Assembly (NCBI RefSeq): GCF_006345805.1
Contig: NC_043002.1
Span: forward strand, 95,852,001 to 95,916,000
Source of the DNA: Octopus sinensis
Lineage: Eukaryota
Direction of reading: 5' to 3'
Length of the DNA: 64,000 bases
Below the pieces are notes generated by a model. It was not told the origin of the DNA, searched no databases, and was given only the letters and a program-made list of their open reading frames with translations. Below are positions 24,870 through 36,415 of this stretch, piece by piece; the stretch's first letter is position 1; the number at the start of each line of letters is the position of its first letter. Made by a program: the position numbers and the translations under genes.

Positions 24870-25440
24870 CTAAAAGATAGCAGAAATTTAAAGGTGTAAT
24901 TGATGTCAAACCTTTGAAATACCAAATTATTATCAAATAGAAAGAAAATCAGTTCAACTTTTGTTCGTAATTAGAGATTTATGAATGATTATCTAAAATA
25001 TTATTTTTTTTTTAAATTACTTTTAAATATTTCTAAAAGACCATATGTTCAAATTTTGTCATAACTGGAAATTTTTAAGAAAAAATACTAACATACAGAA
25101 TATCTATAAACAAAGTATACACATAGAATAAAATACAAAGAACTACAATCAGAAGTCACCTGTAAGAAAGTATGGATGCTTTTTAAATGGCACCAGTACT
25201 AGTGCTTTATATATGGCACCAGCACGTGCTTTTTACAAGGTACCAGTATGGGTGCTTTTGACATGGCACCAGCACCCATTGGCTCACAAGACAAGGACTT
25301 CTCAGTTGTGAGAGGGACAGGAACCAAGTGATTAGAGTAACCCTTCCCTAAAAATTTCTGGCTTTACACCTATATCAGGAAACAATAAGGAACGATGTTA
25401 ATGTTCAGTAACAATATAGTTAAATATCAATATTACCTAC

Positions 25441-25597
25441 CTTTAAGCCATTGGTTAAATATCGCACGCCTTGTCTGTCTTCATAACGATGTGTAGCTAC
25501 AATGACTTTGTGTCCTCTTTCAATCAAACATTGAGACAGCTGATAAATATGGCTTTCAACACCACCCATATTTGGATAAAAGAAGTCAGACACCATA
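25441..25597 (-). CDS. PIGA: PIGA coding exon 2
   Basis: [52 protein letters not shown]; TTTTACAG acceptor, GTAGGT donor. Confidence 0.97.
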
Positions 25598-25986
25598 CTG
25601 TAAAATAAGAAGAATTTTTTTTTCCTTTAACCCTTTAGTGTTCACATTATTCTGCTGAAATTAATGCTTTTTTCATCCACATTGTTTTGAACTAATCAGG
25701 CATTATCTTGGTGCTATGAGATTTTGATGAGGTAGCTGTTAATTTTTAAAATGATATTGTAGGGCTGGTGTGAGAGACCAGATCTGGCCAGTTTGAACGT
25801 AAAACAGGCAGAATACTTTTGGCCGGATATGGCCAGTTTAAAGCAACTTAAATTATGAATTAGCAACTTGGCAAAGTCTTCTGATTAAATACTTTGTGCG
25901 TATTTATTTGTTCCATTCTCTATACTCTGAATTCAAATTCTACTTAAGTCAATTTTGCCTTTCCTCTTTACATTGTTGTGAAGCGT

Positions 25987-26365
25987 GGAGGCGCAATGGC
26001 CCAGTGGTTAGGGCAGCGGACTCGCGGTCGTAGGATCGCGGTTTCGATTCTCAGACCGGGCATTGTGAGTGTTTATTGAGCGAAAACACCTAAAGCTTCA
26101 CAAGGCTCCTGCAGGGGATGGTGGTGAACCCTGCTGTACTCTTTCACCACAACTTTCTCTCACTCTTTCTTCCTGTTTCTGTTGTACCTGTATTTCAAAG
26201 GGTCAGCCTTGTTACACTCTGTGTCACGCTGAATCTCCTCGAGAACTATGTTAAGGGTACACGTGTCTGTGGAATGCTCAGCCACTTGCACGTTAATTCC
26301 ACGAGCAAGCTGTTCCATTGATCGTATCAGCTGGGACCCTCATCATCGTAACTGACGGAGTGCTC
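25987..26365 (+). mobile_element. tRNA(Arg)-like-headed SINE, long form (also 41826-42195; diverged partial copy at 1-290)
   Basis: A box TGGCCCAGTGG, TCG in the anticodon position, B box GTTTCGATTC; the resemblance to Octopus OR-type SINEs is from memory. Confidence 0.8.
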
Positions 26366-27727
26366 CTATTAGTTGTGAAGCAAATGTAGTGGTGATTCAA
26401 AACTGAACCACTAGGCACTACAACCAAACCACAATAGTTTCATGTGTTCAGTCTAGTAAGAAACCTATCAGTGTCAAGCCATGGAATGATTCAATCTTCT
26501 AGAATATTCTTCTTGTACCCCATAAAAAGTCGCTTTGGTGCTAAACCTAATGCAGAATGTTGAGACAGGTGAGCAACATGTCTCCATTCTTGCCAGGCAA
26601 ACTGCCAATGCAGATGTTCCGCAACAGGTGACCAAGAACCTCCATCCCCATGAAGACAGCTCAGTTGATTTCAGATATGTTGGGCCAACTGCATGTCGCC
26701 ACACCAAGAGCTTTCTGTAAACCCAGAGCAGTATCTCTTTCCCAGTCTGTAATTATTACTGTTGTTAACTGAAAACAGCCAATGTCAGTCGTCTGTACAT
26801 GCAACAATAAATATTTCAGTTAAATGTTCATGAGTTTGCTTCAATTATTTATGCAACATCATCATCATCATCATTTAACATCCGCTTTCCATGCTAGCAT
26901 GGGTTGGACGATTTGACTGAGGTCTGGCGAACCAGACTCCAATCTGATCTGGCAGAGTTTCTACAGCTGGATGCCCTTCCTAACGCCAACCACTCCGAGA
27001 GTGTAGTGGGTGCTTTTACGTTTGGTGGTACTAGCAACGGCCACGTCCATATGGTGCTTTTTACGTGCCACCTGCACAGGAGCAAGTCCAGCGGCACTGG
27101 TGACATCCTTGCTCGAATGTTTCACGTGCCACCAGCACAAGTGCTAGTAAGGCGACGCGGTAACAATCACGCTCGAATGGTGTACTTAACGTGCCACCGG
27201 CACGAAGGCCAGTTTGTTGCCCAGGCAACGATCTCACTCGTATGGTACTCTTAGCGCTCCACTAACAAATGAAATATACTTTCATTTACCAATTCAACAA
27301 TTACCTGTCCTAAACTCATGACACAAACTTCTTAGCTACAGTTATACCTATTCCCATTCATGAAACATATTAGTTAGGGTTAGGGTTATGTGCAAAGCCA
27401 CTAATTTCTATCTGCTACTATAGTACTATTTGTATCTAAGATGTCTTCCAGGAAATTTACTAGTCTTTGGAGTGTACGATATATCTAATCTATACAGTTT
27501 TAATTCGCTAATGCCAGATCCATGTGAGAAGAGTCGTACTTAGTCATTGACCATGGGTTCACAATAGTCACAGGTGTTTTAGTTATATGCTTGCCTGTAG
27601 TTGCTGTTTTGGTTGTGAATGCTGAGTTATTTAGATAGAAGGAAGTTTTGAATTAGCAAACTTTATTATCAATAATATTTTGCCACGACTATTTCATTCA
27701 GGCAGTGTGCCAAAGAGCATTTTAACA

Positions 27728-28745
27728 TACCTGCACAAGTGTGTTACCCCCAACCCATTAACTTTGTTTCGTCATAACTTCTAGAAAAAACGGATATTTA
27801 TGCAATGAAATTATCTACAAATATGCTTCCGATGGTGTAGATTCTGCTTATATGAGAATTTGTGGCGGAAAGAAAATCGGATTCGTACACATACATACTG
27901 ACAAACATGACTTTTTTTTCGAAATTTCAAGTTTCATTTTGTAGATGTGTGTCAGTATGTATGTGTACGAACCCACCAATTGCGGGGTGGCGGGGGAGTC
28001 ATATCAAATTCCGATATCTCTTTTTATTCTTTTACTTGTTTCAGTCATTTGACTGTGGCCATGCTGGAGCATCACCTTTAGTCAAGCAAATCGACCCCAG
28101 GACTTATTCTTTGTAAGCCTAGTACTTATTCTATTGGCCTCTTTTGCCGAACCGCTAAGTTACGGGGACGTAAACGCACCAGCATCTGTTGTCAAGTAAT
28201 GCTAGGGGGACAAACACAGACACACAAACATACACACATATATATATATATACATATATACGACAGGCTTCTTTCAGTTTCCGTCTACCAAATCCACTCA
28301 CAAGGCTTTGGTCGGCCCAAGGCTATAGTAGAAGTGGGACCGAACCCAGAACCATGTGGTTGGTAAGCAAGCTACTTACCACACAGCCACTCCTGCGCAA
28401 TTTTTTATGAAATACCATTCAAAGTGTGTAGACATTCTGAATGGTACTTCATTAAAAAATTTACCATTTTATCTGAAAGTTATGAGGAAATACAGCTGAC
28501 TCGTGTGAAGTTTCTGTAACTCCTCACCCAACCCTCAGAAAAAATTTTTGGCGGAGATATAACAGTAACAGCCGAAAACGGGTGGTGTGCGTATTCTTTA
28601 CCTTCGCCAAAAATTTGATCATATTAAATACCGATATAATCATAATCTGCGCTATCTGAGGCATATTTGTAGAAAATTTCATTGGAAGTATCAATTTTCT
28701 GAAAATTATGCAGAAACAAAGTTAGAGGTGCACGCCAACTTTTTA
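27728..28745. mobile_element. Possible DNA-transposon derivative interrupted by a SINE (28018-28398)
   Basis: Inverted subterminal TAACTTTGTTTC / GAAACAAAGTTA; ends not resolved. Confidence 0.35.
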
Positions 28746-28949
28746 ACTAATGTCTTTGATATATTTCTTTTATTTGTTTCAGTAATTTGACTGCGGCCAT
28801 GCTGGAGCACCGCCTTTAGTCGAGCAAATCAACCCCCAAGACTTGTGCTATTGTATGCCTGGTACTTATCCTATCGTACTCTTTTGCTGAATCGCAGTTA
28901 CGGGGACGTAAACACACCAGCATCGGGGTTGTCAAGCGATGTTGGGGAG

Positions 28950-28992
<43 letters not shown>

Positions 28993-29623
28993 CGATGGGC
29001 TTCTTTCAGTTTTCGTCTACCAAATCCACTCACAAGGCTTTGGTCGGCCCGAGGCTATAGTAGAAGACAGTTGCCCAAGGTGCCACACAGTGGGACTGAA
29101 CCCAGAACCATGCGGTTGGTAAGCAAGCTACTTACCACACATCCACTTCTGCGACTATGATTATGATTTGAAGGCAGTTTAGCTGCTATTTCTTGCAGGA
29201 CCACCAAACGTATATAGCTATCCCCATGTCAGTCCTCATAGAGCATATACTAATGATGTTCCAAGTTGTTACTAATGTCTTCAATTCGTATTCAGGATGT
29301 CTGATGTATCATTCCTTTTCATAAGATGGTAGAGTGTAATTTGTGGGAGATTTGGTTATTAATTTTAGCAAGATAAGCTATTGCTTAGAGCCTCGCAGAA
29401 CTTTTAGATAATCTAATCAGCATGTCAATCAGAAATTAAATACTGGAGTTATAACAGTTCTCCGTAAGTATTAAATCCAATTTAAAGAAGAGTGACGTTG
29501 TTGCACGCTACGAAATAAATTAGTGAAGTATTTATACAAAGACACACAATATGTTTTAAGTTTCTATTTGATAAGTTAAACGAAAACTTAATTTTTCGAT
29601 TCAAAATTTTAAAGTATACTTAC

Positions 29624-29640
29624 CATATATTTTGTTTCAT
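29624..29640 (-). CDS. PIGA: PIGA coding exon 1 (MKQNI + TG), 17 coding nt
   Basis: ATG AAA CAA AAT ATA TG|GTAAGT; the phase-2 end joins T at the start of the next exon to give NICMVSDFF, matching the PIG-A N-terminus. Confidence 0.8.
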
Positions 29641-31200
29641 ATTGAATGTATTCACTAAATTTTATATATCCGAAAGTATCTTATTAAACACATCAAATAT
29701 TCTTCATATTTTTATAATTCAATCATAATTTATAATAGAGAAAAATAGCTTCCGTAAGAGAATTTTAGCTGTTTTATACAAAAGTATACTTTACTAATAC
29801 GAAACGAGATAATCAAATAAAACTATATTTTCTTTAAAATAAACAAGATATTTATTAATCAAAAACAATAAATATATAAATGTTAATATATAGTACGAAT
29901 TAAATACTAAAGATTAGTTTTAAATGCATAAATTTTACTTTCTCTTTTCGCCAAATGCTCCAGACTAATTTTATAGCTTTCAATTGCCGGTGTTTCCATA
30001 ACACAACTTTGTATATTGTTGTGGTCGGATAATGCTCCACTCTAAACAGAAGTAAGAAATTTAAAATGTAAGGTCACTGTTAATAATTTTTCTTGTCAAC
30101 CAAAATATGTTATTCTACTTTCATTTACAATAAACCATTAAACGCTTATTGTTTTATTTCAATATCTTGTAATTCATGAAACTTATATGATGGCAACAAA
30201 AGATTGAATGAATAGTCCAGACAAAATACCGGTAGAATTACGTTCTGACAACTTTGCCTATTTTCTTTCTGGGTTTGATTTTAATGTACTTTTAAAGTAT
30301 CCGGATCTTTTCGGTTTGAACGGCAGTTTTTAACATAATTTCTAGGTAACTAAAAAATTTTAAACTTCGTATACTGGTAGAATGTGTTTATAAAACATCT
30401 TTTTCTCTTGGCTTTATTGAGAAAATTCTATAGTTTGTAAGATATTTGTTGTTTTTTTTTCCTTCAATTTCTGCAATTTCAACCAATCACTGACGTCTAT
30501 TGAGGTAAAAAAAAACATTCGGTGCTGTATGAATATGTCCCTCGTTTAAGAAACAGATTGGGTTTATTTACATTTGTGAAGAAAAAAATATACCCTTCCC
30601 CCCCACCCATAACCCTAACCCTAAAACAGATTGAAATGCAATAGATCGATACTAGGGTCATAATTATGGGTGACAATTTCATATGACACCACTAGAAAAA
30701 ACTGCCGTTCAAACCGAAAAGATCCAAGTATCCTAGTTGTAAATTGAATAAATGATTAAAACTAGAATATATTTAAATCTTAGGAAATTGATTACAGGTA
30801 AAATTTAATCGGTTACACTAGAAACTTCGTTTTATGTTCCTTTTTACTTTCTCAACTGTCAATAGTAGTCGAGTATGACTTGGTAGTTGAAGACCTTTCC
30901 TACTAGTTTACCATAGCTTCGCTCCCGTTTTAGATGCCTACGTAGTCTCGAGCGAAGACCAAGAGCTTTCTGACCCGTTAGAATATCAAAGACATGGTGA
31001 AAGGAGAGGGTCTGCATCTATCTAACCACGTTTTATTTAAAGGCAATCTTTATCCATCTTGTCATAGCACAGTCATACAGTATGTATAGTATTGTTATGC
31101 TTGCTTTTTGCTTTTTTTTAATCGATTCAACAGTACTATCTGTTGGGTCACTGCACCCCGGTAAATGTTACCGTTTTCTATCCATATTAGCCATCAAGGT
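29641..31200. promoter_or_regulatory. Probable shared (bidirectional) promoter region of PIGA and ANKRD49-like
   Basis: Head-to-head genes; non-repeat DNA here looks richer in CpG than the introns (judged by eye); start sites not located. Confidence 0.5.
30303..30725 (-). mobile_element. Merlin-like MITE copy 1
   Basis: TIR GGATCTTTTCGGTTTGAACGGCAGTTTTT (about 29 bp); 8-bp TSD AAGTATCC; internal (CCCTAA)2; opposite orientation to copies 2 and 3. Confidence 0.85.
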
Positions 31201-32231
31201 AACTGAACTCGCATGTAGCTAGAAGCCATATGTATCAATATCGACCGAGGTTACCGTGATCTTTTCCGTGGGCTTTTCTTCCCACGGATAAACCTTCTCT
31301 GCTTTCCCCTTTACACCTTACATCATGACACTGTGATACACGATCCCTATTGATCCTTTTTTCTTTTGTTTCTTTTCCTTTTTTCTTTTTTTTTTCTTCT
31401 TCTTTCCCTTTTACGATCCCTTTTGATCGAAAAGCTACCCCACCTTTTTTTTTTCTTTTCCCAAAAAAGAAAGGCTCTACTTTGTAATCTGTTCTGTCTG
31501 TGTGCAGCACTGTGTGGCTAATAAAGAAACATATGTACCACATGTTGAAACAACCAACATAGTAACTAGTACAGCACTGCAAAAAAGATCCTACTTGTAT
31601 TTTTTTGTCAATAAAAGGAATTAATGGTTAATGTTTCCAGGTAATATTGTAAACATTAACCGAATTGATTACTGAAAACGTAACATGGTGAATTGGTCTT
31701 TAATTTCTTTAAATTTCTTTGAAATGTTTCAGCTTCAAAGCTGCGGTCATGCTGGGGCACCGAGTATGTTTCAATTTAAAATTCCTACTCAGGTCTTTGG
31801 CTGTGTCAAATGTTTTTTCTAGAATCTAATTTTAACCAATTTTAGGACCTTTTCGGTATGAATGGCATAGGTGGAAGAAGTGAAGTTGAGCTGCTACTTT
31901 TCCACATTGAGAGGTCACATCTCCTGTACTGCAGACATGTGATTAGAATGTTGCTGGAAAGAATCACAAGACAGATTCTTCAAGCCAAGCCACCCAGCAG
32001 GAGACTTTGAAATAGACCAAGAATGAGATGGTTGAATAATATCCATAGTCTCAGTAGGTCACGCTTGGGAATCCAGGCAGAAACTCTAATGGCAGTTGCT
32101 TCTGATTGAACCTTATGGAGGAGGTGTCTGAAGACACAACCCTTCCAGGACTAGTGAACTAAGAAGATGAATGGATGGATGGTTGGATGAAAGTCCTTAG
32201 AATTGAAAAGTGACTGATGTATGAGATTATA

Positions 32232-32619
32232 TCTTTATATATAAAAGTGAAGTTGTGTGTCTGTCTCCTACGATTTAGATTCCTAACTACTCCCACATTT
32301 TGCGGTGCAGTTTAACCAAAACCGGGTATCTTATAGTTGGGATTCATATCGAGCCCTTCTGGGTATTAGCGCGCATCTACGATGAGTCTACGATTTAAAA
32401 AAAATTTACCATCATTTTTTTCCATTTTAATGCATTTTTTCGCTATTATATAAGGGAAGTAACTCTCTAAAAATGTCTACGATGAGTCAACGATTTTTAA
32501 AAAAATTTACCATCATTTTTTTTCCCATTTTTAATGCTATTTTTTGGCTATAACTCTCTAAAAATGCGTATATAGTTATTTCCCTTACAAACCCGAGCAA
32601 CGCCAGGCGATACTGCTAG
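32232..32619 (+). mobile_element. Non-autonomous Helitron
   Basis: A|TC 5' end; subterminal hairpin-like CCCGAGCAACGCCAGG; CTAG|T 3' end; no TSD; internal tandem duplication of about 100 bp. Confidence 0.8.
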
Positions 32620-32674
32620 TTCTCTAATAAATTCTTTCATAACTTCTTATTAACATTTTCTGTTTTAGAGGAAA

Positions 32675-32777
32675 ATGGAGGCTGACCAAATTTCAAAATG
32701 TCATGAAAGTGATGATGGTAATAAGAACAAAGGCAGTAGTAATGATAATATTTTTACCAATAACTGCAATCTGGAAG
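32675..32777 (+). CDS. ANKRD49: ANKRD49-like first coding exon
   Basis: MEADQISKCHESDDGNKNKGSSNDNIFTNNCNLE; acceptor TTTTAG at 32668 implies an upstream 5' UTR exon; donor G|GTATGA. Confidence 0.7.
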
Positions 32778-32980
32778 GTATGATCAAAGTGTTATTTAAT
32801 TTGAACTGTGTGTGGGTCACTTCCTGGCAAGTTGAGGTCCACCTTAAACAAATCCATGCCATTGACACATTATGCATACAGTTAGAGCAAATTATTTCCT
32901 TACTAACACAACTTACTCAACTGTAAAGTAGATCACATCAGTCAGACATGTCCAAATTTACTTTGACTGACAATAGTTTC

Positions 32981-33396
32981 GGATCTTTTCGGTTTGAACG
33001 GCAGTTTTTTTCTAGCAGTGTCATATGAAATTGTCACCCATAATTATGACCCTAGTATCGATCTATTGCATTTCAATCTGTTTTAGGATTAGGGGTGGGG
33101 AGACGGGTATCTTTTTTTCTTCACAAATGTAAATAAACCCAATCTGTTTCTTAAACGAAGGACATGTTCATACAGCACAGAATGTTTTTTTTTTTACCTC
33201 AATGGACATCCGCGATTGGTTGAAATTGCAGAAATTGAAGAAAAAAACAACAAATATTTAACAAACTATAGAATTTTCTCAATAAAGCCAAGAGAAAAAG
33301 ATGTTTTATAAACACTTTCTACCAGTACATGAAGTTTAAAATTTTTTAGTTACCTAGAAATTACGTTAAAAACTGCCGTTCAAACCGAAAAGATCC
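32981..33396 (+). mobile_element. Merlin-like MITE copy 2
   Basis: Same TIR; 8-bp TSD ATAGTTTC. Confidence 0.85.
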
Positions 33397-33710
33397 ATAG
33401 TTTCTACTACTAAAGACTCAATACGTTAGGTGTAGGAAGGTTTGAACTCATAACATGATATATCAGTAATAGACTACTACCTTAAATTCACAGCCAAAAA
33501 TGCTACTCTTCTTTATTTTCTGAGTTCAAATGTTGTTGTGGTCAACTTTGCCTTTCATCCATCAGGAATCATTACAATAGTACCAGTCAAATACTGAAGT
33601 CAATGTAATCAGCTAACCCCTTCCCTACAAATTGTGCCTATATTAGAAACAATAGTTGTAAACTTCATATCTAACAACAATATTTTTTAAGTCACTATAC
33701 TTCTGTGAGT

Positions 33711-34005
33711 GGAGGCACATGGCCTAGTGGTTAGAGCAGTGGTCGAGGGATTGCGGATTCAAATCTCAGACCGGGAATTGTGTGTGTTTATGAGCAAAAA
33801 CACCTAAGCTCCACGCAGCTCCAGCAGAAGGTAATGGCGAACTTCTGCTGACTCTTTCGCCACAACTTTCTCTCACTCTGTCCTCCTGCATCTTGCAGCT
33901 CACCTGTGACGGACCGGCATCCCATCCAGGTGGGGAACTTATATACCAAGGAAACCAGGAAACCGGCCCTTATGAGCCAGGCATGGCTCGAGAAGGAACA
34001 AACAA
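33711..34005 (+). mobile_element. tRNA-headed SINE with V-domain-like segment (related copies 42412-42685, 52592-52845)
   Basis: Same head family; central GACGGACCGGCATCCCATCCAGG; (AAAC)n tail. Confidence 0.75.
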
Positions 34006-35126
34006 TACTTCTACTCTCTTTACTCTCTTTTACTCTTTTACTTGTTTCAGTCATTTGACTGTGGCCATGCTGGAGCACCGCCTTTATTCGATCAAATCGA
34101 CCCCGGGACTTATTCTTTGTAAGCCTAGTACTTATTCTATCGGACTCTTTTTGCCGAACCGCTAAGTGACGGGGACGTAAACACACCAGCATCGGTTGTC
34201 AAGCAATGCTAGGGGGACAAACACAGACACACAAACACATATATATATACATATATACGACAGGCTTCTATCAGTTTCCGTCTACCAAATCCACTCACAA
34301 GGCATTGGTCGGCCCGGGGCTGTAGCAGAAGACACTTGCCCAAGATGCCACGCAGTGGGACTGAACCCGGAACCATGTGGTTGGTAGGCAAGCTACTTAC
34401 CACAAAGCCACTTCTCTCCTTCTGTGAGAAAATAATTAAAGAAGAAAAGAAACCTCTTTCATTCTGAAATGTCTTTCTAAGAGTATGTTACTCTAATTAA
34501 CAGTAAATTAGTAAAGTTGCTAGAATGTAGGACAAAATGCCCTGCGATATTTGGTCTGGCTTATTGTACTCTGAGTTCAAACCCCACTGAATTCACCTTT
34601 AGCTTTCATTATTTTATGAGGTCAATGAAAAAGTACCAATCCAAAACAGTGGACTGGTAAAATTGTTAGAGTTTTAGACAAGATGACTTGCAGCATTTGT
34701 TCTGGCTCTTATCAACCGGAGTTTGTGAGTGGTAGACTTAATTCTCTGTCTAGCTTAACAATACCACTTGGACACTGGATGCCTTTAGCAGAGTTCACTT
34801 AGTACAAACACGTGGTCCAGATCTCTGGTTTGAGAATAATATGCTCCCTTTCCCCACCAGTTTCAGAGGCTCTTTATATATTTAGGATTATGAGCACTGC
34901 CCTTTCGTTCATGACAAAGCATTAGGAAAAAAAAATTAAAATTTCAAAATAGTGATTTTATTTTTAGCATCCTGCTGAACAGTATTTTGTGCCATTTCTG
35001 TTTTTTCCAAGCGACTGATATATTTGTGAACTGAAGCTATTTTGAGATGGTCAGTTTTTTGTTATTTATGATGTTTTTGTATAATATATTCAGTAATAAA
35101 ATTGTTCCCTATTTTATTGTTAACAG

Positions 35127-35252
35127 ATACAACAGCTCTAGAAGATGAAACAGAGGTAGAAGAAACTTTAAATTCTCAAAATAAAGATGATGGTAGTCAG
35201 ACTGAAGGTGATAAGGATGGTAATACTTCTTCCAAACATTCAAGTCTAAAAG
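35127..35252 (+). CDS. ANKRD49: ANKRD49-like coding exon 2 (acidic, low complexity)
   Basis: DTTALEDETEVEETLNSQNKDDGSQTEGDKDGNTSSKHSSLK; phase 1-1 fits both neighbours; the donor could instead be at 35219. Confidence 0.65.
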
Positions 35253-36254
35253 GTATTGAGAAAATGTCATTTGAAAAATTCAAACTATTTCCTAAGAATA
35301 ATTCATCTTTAATAAATAAATAAAAACAATTTTTTTAAAGTTATTTCATTTGCAACAAGGAAATAATCATGTCTTGTATCAATGGAAGCCATTTCATAAG
35401 GTTTTATTTTCTTACTTCACATCATATTCAAAATTATTTTGGAGTGTCTGTGTGGTAAGTAGCTTGTTTACCAACCGCATGGTTCCGGGTTCAGTCCCAC
35501 TGCGTGGCACCTTGGGCGAGTGTCTTCTACTATAGCCTCGGGCCGACCAAAGCCTTGTGAGTGGATTTGGTAGACGGAAACTGAAAGAAGCCTGTCGTAT
35601 ATATATATATATATGTGTATATGTATGTGTGTTTGTGTGTCTGTGTTTGTCCCCCTAGCATTGCTTGACAACCAATGCTGGTGTGTTTACGTCCCCCGTT
35701 ACTTAGCGGTTCGGCAAAAAAGAGACCGATAGAATAAGTACTGGGCTTACAAAGAATAAGTCCCGGGGTCAATTTGCTCGACTAAAGGCGGTGCTCCAGC
35801 ATGGCCACAGTCAAATGACTGAAACAAGTAAAATATAAAATATAAAAAAATATAACTATTTGTTTGAGTAGCTGTTCTGATTATTAAACTGTTGGTCCAG
35901 CAAATTTTTAGAAAATATACTATTTGTGTCTTCTTCCTTATTTTCTGTTACAAATTCTGCTTTATAGATGAAGTTGTTGTTTTTCCAGATTTCAAATTTT
36001 GTATTTTTATCTTATCCCAAATTCTCTTGACAGTATCCTTTATTCTCTGTTAGGATATATCATTTCTTATTAATGCTTTACAATTGTTTCTTAACTTGAA
36101 CCAGCAAGCATGGTACATTGAGATATTAATTCTTTTAATTCAACTCAGCTTGTTGCCATTGTGTACTTAAAAATCTTTTGGTAGAAATTATATATTCTTC
36201 CACTTATTTATTTCAATTGATTTACCACATGTCTTTTTACATTATTTACAACAG

Positions 36255-36415
36255 ATGATATGAATGCATATATACTGCGTGCTTCTGAAAAGGGCAGGTA
36301 TGACATTGTAGAGAAACTTTTAGAAAGAGATCCCAAATTGCTCAATGCTACAGATGCTGACAATTATACCCCTCTACATCGGTCAGTTTACAGTGGTCAT
36401 GTTGAAATTGTCAAG
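36255..36415 (+). CDS. ANKRD49: ANKRD49-like coding exon 3 (ankyrin repeats)
   Basis: DDMNAYILRASEKGRYDIVEKLLERDPKLLNATDADNYTPLHRSVYSGHVEIVK. Confidence 0.92.

Noticed and set aside
25987-26060. tRNA-Arg gene (and similar heads at 33711, 41826, 17343)
   Set aside because: No complete cloverleaf or acceptor stem; the heads continue into SINE bodies.
27373-27390. Interstitial telomere or chromosome-fusion scar (TTAGGG)2
   Set aside because: Only 2-3 units; similar tracts sit inside MITEs in this window.
30303-33396. Composite transposon formed by two inverted MITEs capturing the ANKRD49 start
   Set aside because: Each MITE has its own distinct TSD, so they are independent insertions.
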